A stretch of DNA of 64,000 nt from Octopus sinensis (GCF_006345805.1 NW_021833783.1:863-64862); one strand, 5' to 3'; shown: positions 49,880 to 62,301, numbered from the stretch's first letter. Made by a program: numbers and translations. The notes: generated from the sequence alone by a model not told the origin.

Positions 49880-50286
49880 TCTCTTTTACTCTTTTACTTG
49901 TTTCAGTCATTTGACTGCGGCCATGCTGGAGCACCGCCTTTAGTCGAGCAAATCGACCCCGGGACTTATTCTTTGTAAGCCCAGTACTTATTCTATCGGT
50001 CCCTCTTTTGCGAACCGCTAAGGACGGGACGTAAACATACCAGCATCGGTTGTCAAGCAATGCTAGGGGGACAAAACACAGACACAAAAATATACACACA
50101 CTTATTTATATATACATATATACGACAGGCTTCTTTCAGTTTCCGTCTACCAAATCCACTCACAAGGCATTGGTCGGCCCGGGGCTATAGCAGAAGACAC
50201 TTGCCCAAGATGCCACGCAGTGGGACTGAACCCGGAACCATGTGGTTGGTTAGTAAGCTACTTACCACACAGCCACTCCTGCGCCT
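49880..50286 (-). mobile_element. SINE family A, full-length
   Basis: Reverse complement of the A consensus. Confidence 0.93.
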
Positions 50287-50783
50287 ATCTATTTGATTAA
50301 TTGACATAAAAACCTTCCTCCTCCGCTTTACCAAAACCTTAATGCCTGACCTCTCAACCCGAACCTTCAGAAGAATAATACTCTATCTCTTTTCTTTTTA
50401 TTTTTATTTCTCTCTCTTTTTCTCTTTCCCCTTCTTTCCTCTCTTTCTCCTCTCTTCTATCCACTCACTCACAACCCATTTCTATCTGTCTGTGTTTCCC
50501 ACTCTATATATCCACGCAGACTATTTACATACCTGCCAATCACTTCAACATGAACGCATCATTCAAAATACTGCCAAAATGCTACCTGAATTTACCTGGA
50601 TATTATCCTAAGAGCCTATACCTTCACGGAAATACGGATCAACCTCCATACCGTCTGTAAAAATATTCCCTATGAACTTTAATCTCTTGTCCGTATTCTA
50701 TCTACTTTTAATGTTTATTCTCCTATTTCATTCCTCATAATCCGTGAATGTTCCTGTCTAGAACTTTCATACATACTCACCTG

Positions 50784-50860
50784 GTCTCTGATGACAAAAT
50801 ACCCAGTGTGCGGACATGCTAGTCTATCACTTGAGATATCTCAGAAACAGCTGTAAATCT
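50784..50860 (+). ncRNA. Hammerhead-like motif with intact core and long helix-II region
   Basis: CTGATGA 50788-50794, 49-nt insert, GAAA 50844-50847, perfect palindrome ACAGCTGT, GUA site; stem I poor. Confidence 0.45.
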
Positions 50861-51203
50861 TCAAATTCACCTTACCCTAATTAAATTATTATAAATGACT
50901 TGAGATACTCGTCCTACCTTGGTTTTTGTTGTTTTTTCCTCTAATATATGTGTGTGTGAACGTGCGTGTCATATATATATAAAGGTGTGTTTCCTTGGTT
51001 TTGTGTTTATGTTTTCTTTTCTCATTGTGTTCGAGGTTTTTTTGGTGTCTTGTACCCATATATGCATGTATATATACATGTAGATGTAGGTACGTACATA
51101 TATGTATGTATATATGCATATGTTTTATTTAATTTGTTATTACACCACAGAACACACGCATCCATTTCTAAGTAAGTTTGTTCTTAACATATATATATAT
51201 ATT

Positions 51204-51570
51204 ACTCTTTAGTCACCGCCTTTAGTCGAGCAAATCGGCCCCGGGACATATTCTTTGTAAGCCAAGTACTTATTCTATCGGCCTATTTTGCCGAACCGCT
51301 AAGTGACGGGGACGTAAACACACCAGCATCGGTTGTCAAGCAATGCTAGGGGGACAAACACAGACACACAAACACACACACGCATATATATATATATACA
51401 TATGCACGACGGGCTTCTTTTCAGTTTCCGTCTACCAAATCCACTCACAAGTCTTTGGTCGCCCCGAGGCTATAGTAGAAGACACTTGCCCAAGGTGCCA
51501 CGCAGTGGGACTGAACCCGGAACCATGTGGCTGGTAAACAAGCTACTTACCACACAGCCACTCCTGCGCC
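51204..51570 (-). mobile_element. SINE family A (3' end partly deleted)
   Basis: Reverse complement of A; caccgcctttagtcgagc...ccactcctgcgcc. Confidence 0.9.
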
Positions 51571-51681
51571 TATTTCAGTTGGTGGGCGTTTGAGTCTCAG
51601 TTTATTAGAAGCTGCCACACCATTAGGAGAAATACAAGACATATACAAAATATTACAAGCGTTGTCTTAAAAAGTACGAAA

Positions 51682-52431
51682 CTAGAATTGAAAAATGCGC
51701 ACGCTCAAAAGAGTTACAAACCTTAAAAAGTATGGGACTAGCGTTGTTGCACCAAAATATTGGAATCACTATATGTTGCACATTCTGTGGCATCTTTTTT
51801 ATCACAAGAAATTTGTTTAGTTCATTGAAATTAAGTTGTATTAAAAATTAAGATAAATCATCGTATACTCAATTTTAACAAAACAATTGTGTACAAATAC
51901 TAATGTCATCTTTACGCAATAATTCAATCTATGAATGATAATTTTTATAAATTTACAAGTAATTAATAAAAAATAATTTAGTAAACTTTGTTTAATTCGC
52001 ACAACTATTCCCTGAATATGTGTATCATAATGCGAATTCTCTTTGGTAATAAGTATTTTGCTTTCGTTCTTTCGCTGTTATATAGATTCGACTTAATCAT
52101 AAATCCAATCTTTTTTTTATTATTATCATGGTTATTTGCATGTTGTGAGAAATTTTTTTATATACTTTGGTATGGAGAGTATAATGAATTTACTTATTTG
52201 AAGTTAAAGAACATATCTGTACATTTTCAAATTGTTATATTAAGAACTTAGTTTAAATAATTATCGTGACATCGTAATTCACATATGAGTCTCTTTTCGT
52301 TTTCAGATCCTCAAAAAATGTTCAACATATAAGGATTCCAATATTTTTGAGCAAAATGCTAGTCCCAAACTTTTTAAGGATTATCATGACATTCTGTATC
52401 CCTTTTGAGCGTGCGCATTTTTCAATTCTAG
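51682..52431. mobile_element. 750-bp MITE with about 120-bp imperfect TIRs
   Basis: Terminal 30 bp CTAGAATTGAAAAATGCGCACGCTCAAAAG perfectly inverted; similarity continues about 120 bp inward; AT-rich non-coding interior. Confidence 0.85.
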
Positions 52432-52482
52432 CATATATATCATTAATTGATAGTCATTTATACACACATATATAGAGGCTGT

Positions 52483-53100
52483 TCGGGATAAATTGACTTT
52501 TTTTGCATAAAAGGAAAGGAAGGCACAAGATCTTTACCAAAAATAGAGGTATTTCAAAAAATCAGAAAATATCAACTAGATTATGGCCGGGAGATACTCA
52601 ATATAACCGCCCTCAGCTTCAACCACGGCTTCAAGACGGCTCCACAACTTGGTTCATGCGTTTCTCACTGTGTCACAGAGAGGATCTTAGGACACCTTCT
52701 TGATCTTAGTGTTGGTGTTGTAGATAGAGCGGGTGGTGTCCTTCTCATCCACACCCTACACATAGTAATCCATGGTATTACAATCGGGGGAAACAGGAGG
52801 ATAAAAATTGAGATTGGTGATGGCATGAATGTTCTCCGACAACCACTTCTGACTTTTGGTAAGGCAAGGAACCGAACCCTGCTGCAAAACATATGGCCTT
52901 ACAGCTGCAACCTTCACTAGCTAGGGTGTACTTTAGTCTCTAGAAGCGTTACATAGCCGTCTGAACTGAACCTATGGCCCTCTTCAAAGATATAAGGATG
53001 ACGTCTGCCGTGCCCCTTCTTGTTGGTAACGGCTTCATAATCATGTCACAGACCATTGAGCAGCGGTCATGGTGTCGGCATTTTGATATCTGGCACCATA
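52483..53100 (-). pseudogene. Decayed Tc1/mariner-superfamily transposase 3' part (maT/DD37D-like)
   Basis: rc: YVLQQGSVPCLTKSQKWLSEN...FYPPVSPDCNTMDYYV; terminal gggataaattgac resembles 62501. Confidence 0.7.
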
Positions 53101-53294
53101 CAGGTAATACTTTTCCAATATTCGGCTGGATTCCAGTCCTCCATCTCAGCTAACTTTTCTCAACTATCCTTTTCCTGTTTATACTCTCCAACATCATTGG
53201 ATGATCACCAATGCATCCAGTTGTTCCTAAAAAAAGGAGATATAAATATACACACACACATATTATATATATATATATATATATATATTTGCAT

Positions 53295-53327
53295 TATGAC
53301 CCGTCGTTGCCGGGTCATAGTGCTAGT
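53295..53327 (+). mobile_element. Helitron-type 3' terminus
   Basis: 9-bp stem TATGACCCG/CGGGTCATA, 7-nt loop, then GTG-CTAG-T (53323-53327). Confidence 0.6.
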
Positions 53328-54797
53328 GCATGTATATATGTGTATGTATATATGTGTACATATTACATGTACATCTGTATGTATATACATCTACACATAA
53401 AATACAAAATACAAAGTTATATCTTGATATCGCTAGTGATAACAATACCCAAAATATATAACAGACTGGAACTTGCAATTTCGATCAATTGTATCTTGTC
53501 CTCCCTCTTGTATAGAAGTGTGGCTACAATCCAGCCTACCTCTACTTTTGGGAGGACATTTTAAATTTTTATCCGGGACGTCCTACGTCCCAGATATAAA
53601 GGTGAAAATAAAATATTTCCACTTTGCAAGGTTCGAGTCGAGTACTCCCTTGCACGCTCCGTTGACTCGAACCTTGCTTCTGTTGTGGCGAATTTACCGC
53701 CTCTGGTTAGATATCTTTCATAATCGCACCAACACACTTTTCAATGGTGCTTTCTCTACATTTTTTTCTCTACATTGTATACTTTATAAACAATAGTCTT
53801 TTCTTTTCTTTAATTTTTTATTTCGTTTGTTGATGTTATCCTAGATTCACCGTCTTTGTCGGTGATCAATCCGAAATAGGTTTGTATTTCTTCCATTTAA
53901 TTTTAGTTCGCGCCCGCCGACGGCTGCAGCGAAATTCATTTATGGACTTTCTCCTATCGAAGGCATTCTAACAAAATTGCTTCCGTGTAAGCGGTGAAAA
54001 TATTGTCAATTTCACCAAACAGGGACACAATTCGATTTTTAAACAATAACCAAAGCTCCTTCTCCCAAAGGGGGAGGGTTACAGTTTACAATTATTTAAC
54101 AAATGCAACACAACAACGTTTCCCTTACGAGGAACCAACAAACGTGATAACAATAGTTAAACAGTAATAATAATAACAACAAACCTTACGGTGAATCAAA
54201 AAGCAGTACGCAGTTGAAGCTATAGTCCTTTATGTATAACAGTCCATCTGGACTATTCCATATCTGCATGCTAATTTTACTTTTAATTTATTCCCATTCA
54301 TGTAAAACCAATTATTCAAGTTCAAGTCATTGATGCAATTATATACCAAATTGCTATTTTTACTTTTGTTATGTTACGATTATATTATACTTTAGTTTGA
54401 TTTTAATTATTACTTGCTACATATAATTCAATTGTTATTATTATCTCTAATTTTTATTGTTAAAGTGAAAGTATCTGAAATAAAATAGAGAAATATTTTT
54501 GTTTCACCTTTTAACAAAAACGTAATACTGAAATAGTGGAAGATATGATATTGCTATGGGCTCGCGCTCAGGCAGAAGCTGAACATATTTTTGCCATGAA
54601 ACTACATGGACCCTAAGTAAGGCATGTAAAATTTGAATGAAATTGGTTGTGTAGTTCTCCAAGTTTTAGGGAGACACACATTCTCAGTTTTATACACACA
54701 CACACCACACACCACACACACATATATATATATTATATATATTATATTATATTATTAATAATGTCTATCTATAATCCTTATCTATCTATCTATCTAT

Positions 54798-54829
<32 letters not shown>

Positions 54830-56279
54830 ATATATATCTATATATATATATTATATATGATATATTATATCTATATATAATATAAAAAGTTAAAATTAAG
54901 GATAAAATCTTTATAAGAAATTATCAGTAGTAAGCGTGAAAAACCTCGTAAGAGAAAAAATCTGTAAATTTTTCCACTTTGAAAATATTTATTTATATTA
55001 TATAGAGGGTACTATTATTCATAGGTACCGCACGCAGTCAAAACTACTAAAATAAACAAATTTTACCGAATGCAAAACTTCAAAGCAAGTCATTTAAAAA
55101 CAGAATTTAGTTGCCTCTGATATATATATATATATCAGAGGCGACTCCAGGTCATCAGCGTCACTCGGGCTCAAAACAGATTTCGACACGCAGACTCTTC
55201 ACAGATTCCGCATAAGACACATGCCTGCTCGAAGAGTTACACGTTTTTTCCGCAATATTTCTCGCTCCAAATGGTTTGTTTTTATATCTAGCTCTATGTC
55301 TTTCTCCATTTATAAGTTAAGGCTAAAAATAAAGCAACCCTGCAAAATGCAACTGACTTTTACACACAGACGCACAGAATAACAGCAATCAAATAACCAC
55401 AACCGGAGTGCACAACAAACATCAGTGATCTGACTGTCGCCTGTACTTTTAACAAGAGATGCCAGTTAGTCTTTTACACCTACCAAGCTCGTTCGCATTA
55501 GCCCAAGTTGCTGGATAATTGTTTGTTCCTTTAAGAATATTGTAGAACGGCAATTTTCAAAGATTGGAATTTAAATCCTAATCTCTATAGAAATTTACTG
55601 TTTCAAGAAAACATTAAATTTGAATTACTTTTCATTTTTACGATTATTGATAACAACTTGGGCTGTAACTTCTGAGCCCGAGTCAGGTGCATGTGAGCGA
55701 TGTCGAGAGAACGTCTGCTACGAATGGTATTTTTTGACACAGGGAACCTCTAAGACGACCGCCAGACGCTGAACGAAAATATAGGAACTACGACCAGGCT
55801 CAGTAAAAGGAGCCCGAGTTATGGGTTTCAATTACGTACTTGAAGTTAGTGTTGTCAGAAATTAAATCAGTTTGCAAATGCACGTTCACTTTACTAAATT
55901 TATACTCGGACTGATCCCGAACAGCCCAAGTGCCGGAGCCGTCACTGATATGTATATATATATATGTAAAAAAGAAGTTTGAAAACGCCACTATATTAGA
56001 TAAATTTTAATTTTCTTATGAATTTTGCATGTTTCGGTTTTTGAAAAAACGAACCTTATCAAAAATATTATAAAAAGTAAAGTGTATTAGAAAAGTTCAT
56101 AATTGTTTCTTACTGGTCTCAATAGAATCCATGTGGTGGTGTTTTGTCGGTAGTAGGTATAATAGCTATAAATTTCAAGTTGAGTGTAGTAAAGAGTTCA
56201 TTATTGTTTCTTGCTGGTATCAACCGGATCTACGTGGTTGTTTTTTAGCCTTCTTGTATTCGAATGACCCCGCGACTTA

Positions 56280-56324
<45 letters not shown>

Positions 56325-57065
56325 TAAATGTAAAACCTACTGTGGACAATTATAAATAAACAAAAATAACATTAAGTGCAGGGCATCATCAACGAGTGAA
56401 AAAATATGTAAATACACGTGAGAAAAGTACAGGACAAAATAACAAAAGATAACTCGCTCATAAGTTGATGACCGTTTATTACTACCCATTTCGTGCTTTT
56501 AAGGACAAGATAGAAATACTTCCAGAAATCTTAAAAGTATAAATTTCGTGGAAAGTTAGGGTTTCGAACGAACAAACAATAACAGAGTGGACGTATAGAG
56601 TTCTAATGGTACACGGTAGAGATTTCCATGGCATCATAGTATACCTTACCTAATGCTATCCTCTTTACACAAATGGCAAGTCGAGCTTATAGTGAAATGG
56701 AAAAGCAATCGGGAAGTTGACAGTTTATACCCTGTTACCAGCACTGCCATATCTAGAAGGTCAAGTTACTCTACCCTTAACAGTCGAGTCCATTTAGTTT
56801 TTTTTTATCATAATGCAGGGTAAATATTCTCATTTTAGAAGCAGTGTTAGTTTAGTAAAACTTAAGAGTGTTGAATTCTGTTCGTTTCTTAGAAGAAAAA
56901 AATACCAGTGATTGTCTTGTGACACCTAAAACAGAGATAATCAACTCATTCCTAAAGAACAAACAAAATACACATTAACCAAGGAATTGAATGAGTATTC
57001 AATGACGAAATTTGAAAAGGGGCAGGGTGAAAATAAAGCTGCAACAAAATAAGCAGTTTTTTTTT

Positions 57066-57271
57066 TTACTTGTTTCAGTCATTTGACTGCGGCCATGCTG
57101 GAGCACCGCCTTTAGTCGAGCAAAGCGACCCCGGGACTTATTCCTTTGTAAGCCCAGTACTTATTCTATCGATCTCTTTTTGCCGAACCGCTAAGTGACG
57201 GGGACGTAAACACACCAGCATCGGTTGTCAAGCAATGCTAGAGGGACAAACACAGACACAGACACACACAT

Positions 57272-57316
<45 letters not shown>

Positions 57317-57474
57317 TACGACGGGCTTCTTTCAGTTTCCGTCTACCAAATCCACTCACAAGGCATTGGTCAGCCCGGGGCTATAGCAGAAGACACTTGC
57401 CCAAGATGTCACGCAGTGGGACTGAACCATGTGGTTGGTTAGCAAGCTACTTACCACAGGGTCACTCCTGTGCC
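57066..57474 (-). mobile_element. SINE family A
   Basis: Reverse complement of the A consensus. Confidence 0.93.
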
Positions 57475-57610
57475 TGTTGTTGAGAAAATCAACATCGTAT
57501 CGACTAAATCTGCCAGAAAAGTACGGCTGAGTATGAATCGCCCATTAAGGACTTCCATACATTTGTGTCATGTGAGAGTCATGTGTGATTCTATGGTAAC
57601 TGTACATATA

Positions 57611-57775
57611 GGCGCAGGAGTGGCTGTGTGGTAAGTAGCTTGCTAACTAACCACATGGTTCCGGGTTCAGTCCCACTGCGTGGCATCTTGGGCAAGTGTC
57701 TTCTGCTATAGACCCGGGCCGACCAATGCCTTGTGAGTGGATTTGGTAGACGGAAACTGAAAGAAGCCCGTCGTA

Positions 57776-57851
<76 letters not shown>

Positions 57852-58070
57852 TGTGTCTGTGTTTGTCCCCCTAGCATTGCTTGACACCTGATGCTGGTGT
57901 GTTTACGTCTCCGTCACTTAGCGGTTCGGCAAAAGAGGGACCGATAGAATAAGTACTGGGCTTACAAAGAATAAGTCCCGGGGTCGAGTTGCTCGACTAA
58001 AGGCGGTGCTCCAGCATGGCCGCAGTCAAATGACTGAAACAAGTAAAAGAGTAAAAGAGAGTAAAAGAGT
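57611..58070 (+). mobile_element. SINE family A, full-length
   Basis: ggcgcaggagtggctgtgtgg...gtaaaagagtaaaagagagtaaaagag. Confidence 0.94.
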
Positions 58071-58489
58071 ATAAGTACATAAATTTCAAATAGGAACATC
58101 TCACTGTATACAGTAATGCACAGTAGTGTTTCATCTGCTATTGTTATCATTGTTATTCTATTGACGTTGCAGATACTGCTACCGCCATTCTTGCTGTTGA
58201 TACTGTGGTTTCTCCACTACACTATTGCAAGTGCAAGTGGAGATATTATCTCAACGAAATAAATATTAAGGACTGTAGCAAGTGAAAACAAACCGAGGTA
58301 GACATCATTATACGAGTCGTCATTTCCTTCAGAACAATTACCAGCAAGATCTGTTGCTTAATAAGGTTAATTTCACACACACACACATACCCAAACACAT
58401 TATATACATGTCAATATGTGTGTGTGTGTGTGTGTGTTATATTTATTAACATATATAAATACATACTGTCATACATATATATGTACATA

Positions 58490-58727
<238 letters not shown>

Positions 58728-58844
58728 AATTTGACATGGGCGATTCTTTCTTGTCTTGGGATTCACGGTCAAACGGCCGGCTGGAATTGTGCGAAAAATT
58801 ACACACATGTGTAGAATGATCCGATGGGGATTCTGGGCTTTGTA

Positions 58845-59155
58845 TTTTTCATAGCTCCCATAGTTACCGAGATAATCTACTATAATAATACTCGTGTGTT
58901 TATGAATAAGACAAGAAGTGGTGATAGATGAATAAGGAAGGAAGGGGTGATGTCATATTTTTTTTTCATAGCCCCCATGGTTACCGAGATAATCTACTAT
59001 AATAATACTCTTGTGTTTATGAATGAGAAAGGAAGGGATGGTGTCATATTTTTTTCATAGCTCCTATGGTTACCGAGATAATCTACTATAATAATACTCT
59101 TGTGTTTATGAATAAGAAAAGGAGTGATAGACGAATAAGGAAGGAAGGGATATGT
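58845..59155. repeat. Three-unit minisatellite with an invariant 30-bp core
   Basis: ttaccgagataatctactataataatactc at 58864, 58981 and 59070. Confidence 0.9.
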
Positions 59156-59260
59156 CACACTTGGTAGTGGGATGAAGAAAATTGTACACTGAAAAAATAA
59201 ATCAAACAGCGTTTGGACCAGCCCCTTACGCTGGCCATACATAATCAGGTACTTTCCGAT

Positions 59261-59645
59261 GTGGAGGCACAATGGCCCAGTGGTTAGGGCAGCGGACTCG
59301 CGGTCATAGGATCGCGGTTTCGATTCCCAGACCGGGCGTTGTGAGTGTTTATTGAGCGAAAACACCTAAAGCTCCACGAGGCTCCGGCAGGGGATGGTGG
59401 TGATCCCTGCTGTACTCTTTCACCACAACTTTCTCTCACTCTTACTTCCTGTTTCTGTTGTACCTGTATTTCAAAGGGCCGGCCTTGTCACTCTCTGTGT
59501 CACGCTGAATATCCCCGAGAACTATGTTAAGGGTGCACGTGTCTGTGGAGTGCTCAGCCACTTACTCGTTAATTTCACGAGCAGGCTGTTCCGTTGATTC
59601 GGATCAACCGGAACCCTCATCATCGTAACCGACGGAGTGCTTCCA
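59261..59645 (+). mobile_element. SINE family C with tail T1 and 15-bp TSD
   Basis: TSD caggtactttccgat at 59246-59260 and 59646-59660; A-box-like tggcccagtggttagg, B-box-like gtttcgattccc. Confidence 0.95.
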
Positions 59646-60306
59646 CAGGTACTTTCCGATAAACTATCGATCCACTCGATATGTGATATTTTCCCTCTCT
59701 TGGTATTTCCAGTATCACGTTGTTTTTGAGATCATTATTAGCTGGCCCTCGCACACATATTAGTTACTCTTACTGCCTTTCTCAGACAATTTTATGACTG
59801 TCTTTGAGTATAAATATTCACCTAGTGGTGATTGAGGTAAGACATCTGCCCGTACGCGGTGCACAGATTGTTGGCCTATAATTCTCTGGTTCAGAATTGT
59901 CTGCATTCTTTGAATGGATTGTTACTTTCATAAACCCATTCATGATTTGTATTGGAGATGTATGATATGATTTAGCTCACTTTCTGAACGTCTGTGCGAA
60001 GTATTTAGTTCTTTAACCTAGAAATTTGGATGTTTATATAATTATATGACTGTTCCCGTTTTTGCATGAGTTTCAGTTTTCTTTCACTTCTACGGTGATG
60101 TCCTATGACTTTAGTTCACATCAGGGGAGGAGTGCACACGTGTGCGCAAAGACATGGTTACATACAAAAACATTATTCCTGTGTATATTTCAAGTAACGA
60201 ATAAGGTCTGTATGCATATATTTACGCATGTATATTATGTAAATGGTATCAAATGTATATTTACGAAACGATATATACATCCACACACATATATGTATGT
60301 GTGTTC

Positions 60307-60531
60307 AGCTGGCAGAACCGTTAGCACGCCGGGCGAAATGCGTAGCCGTATTTCGCCTGCCGTTACGTTCTGAGTTCAAATTCCGCCGAGGTCGACTTTG
60401 CCTTTCATCCTTTCGGGGTCGATAAATTAAGTACCAGTCACGCACTGGGGTCGATGCAATCGACTTAATCCGTTTGTCTGTCCTTGTTTGTCCCCCCGCC
60501 TATGTTTAGCCCCTTGTGGGTAATAAAGAAA
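60307..60531 (+). mobile_element. SINE family B
   Basis: agctggcagaaccgttagcacgcc...gccccttgtgggtaataaagaaa. Confidence 0.92.
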
Positions 60532-60732
60532 CAGATACATACATGCACACACACATAATACACATATATACATACGACTCCTGTCCACTCTCCCACCAGT
60601 CAGATTAAAATTGGATTGTCTAGAGGAAAACTAAACATGTTCACTCAACCGTGTCGTCCTTCTTTTTAGACACAAAATATACTGTCACGTGACGCCAATG
60701 CACGGACATAGCGGGAAACGTACAAATATATA

Positions 60733-60953
60733 TTTCTTTACTGCCCTCAAGGGGCTAAACATAGAGGGGACGAACAAGGGCAGACAAAGGGATTAAGTCG
60801 ATTACATCGACCCAGTGCGAAACTGGTACTTTATTTATCGACCCCGAGAGGATGAAAAGCAAAGTCGACCTCGGTGGAATTTGAACTCAGAACGTAACGA
60901 CAGACGAAATACGGCTACGCATTTCGCCCGGCGTGCTAACGATTCTGCCAGCT
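60733..60953 (-). mobile_element. SINE family B with possible 10-bp TSD
   Basis: Reverse B; caaatatata at 60723-60732 and 60954-60963 (low complexity). Confidence 0.92.
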
Positions 60954-60966
60954 CAAATATATACAT

Positions 60967-61182
60967 GTATGGTGGTCCAAAAGTAGGTTTACAGTTATTC
61001 AACCATCTCTTTCGCATTCATATATTAACAATTTAGATCTTAATTATAAAAAAATGTGAAACCATTATTCTATGCTAATTTAATTAATTGCAAGATAGAA
61101 ATATAAATGTAATAAAATGTTTTTAAAAGAAATTTAAAGTGCTTATGTGATAACTGTAAACCTACTTTTGGGCCAACCTGTA
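60967..61182. mobile_element. About 215-bp MITE (Tc1/mariner-type ends)
   Basis: Perfect 22-bp inverted core ccaaaagtaggtttacagttat (60977-60998 / 61150-61171); right end cctg-TA. Confidence 0.8.
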
Positions 61183-61189
61183 TATATAC

Positions 61190-61220
<31 letters not shown>

Positions 61221-61440
61221 CGAATGTATGATAAAAAATGATTAGAGAGGGAAAATGGAACATACGAGAAACTTAATTGCTGGCAACGATCGTTTCAGCC
61301 TCTCTTGCATCGCTCCCTCGCGGGTGGCAAGGAAAGGTTGGTAGTTATTCATATACATTGTCATACAATGTCATACAGAAATCTCACTGAAACGGGGTAT
61401 ATAACGAATCTTATTAGTAGTTGTCAAACTTTTCATAATA

Positions 61441-61612
61441 GGCGCAGGAGTGGTTGTGTGGTAAGTAGCTTGCTAACCAACCACATGGTTCCGGGTTCAG
61501 TCCCACTACGTGGTATCTTGGGCAAGTGTCTTCTGCTATAGCCCCGGGCCGACCAATGCCTTGTGAGTGGATTTGGTAGACGGAAACTGAAAGAAGCCCA
61601 TCGCATATATGT

Positions 61613-61657
<45 letters not shown>

Positions 61658-61879
61658 GTATGCGTGTTTGTGTTTCTGTGTTTGTCCCCCTAGCATTGCT
61701 TGACAACCGATGCTGGTGTGTTTACGTCCCCGTCACTTAGCGGTCGGCAAAAGAGACCGATAGAATAAAGTACTGGCTTACAAAGAATAAGTCCGGGGCG
61801 CTTTGCTCGACTAAAGGCGGTGCTCCAGCATGGCTGCAGTCAAATGACTGAAACAAGTAAAAGAGTAAAGAGTAAGGAG
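61441..61879 (+). mobile_element. SINE family A, full-length
   Basis: Matches the A consensus end to end. Confidence 0.93.
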
Positions 61880-62070
61880 TAATATAAAATTAAGTACATT
61901 TAGCTCTGGATTTCGTATTTTCTCTTTTTACAAGAAACTTCCATTGGAGTTAATATACCGCACATGTTTAACACCTACACTTTACTACTACTACAACAAC
62001 AACTACTACTACGACTACTACTACAACTACTACTACAACAACAAGAACAACTACTACTACTATACTACTA

Positions 62071-62102
<32 letters not shown>

Positions 62103-62179
62103 GGCTGCTGCTGCTGCTACAGCAGCTACTACTGCTAATAATAAAAAAAAAAATAATAATAATCCTTTCTACTATAGGC

Positions 62180-62301
62180 ATAAGGCTTGAAATTTAGGGG
62201 AGGGTGATAGTCGACTACAACGACCCCAGTGTTTCATTGGTACTTAATTTATCGACCCATGAGTAATTTGAATTCAGAACGATTCTGCCAGCTCGCTGCC
62301 T
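62180..62301 (-). mobile_element. SINE B, internally deleted old copy
   Basis: cgaccccagtg...ggtacttaatttatcgacc...gattctgccagctcgctgcc. Confidence 0.7.

Noticed and set aside
9060-56245. Short local duplications (17 bp at 9060/9080, about 22 bp near 26893/26928, 13 bp near 32012/32028, about 50 bp at 56094/56195)
   Set aside because: Ordinary slippage or old tandem duplications with no further structure
58845-59155. CRISPR-like appearance of 30-bp repeats with variable gaps
   Set aside because: Gaps are homologous to each other, context is eukaryotic, and there are no cas genes
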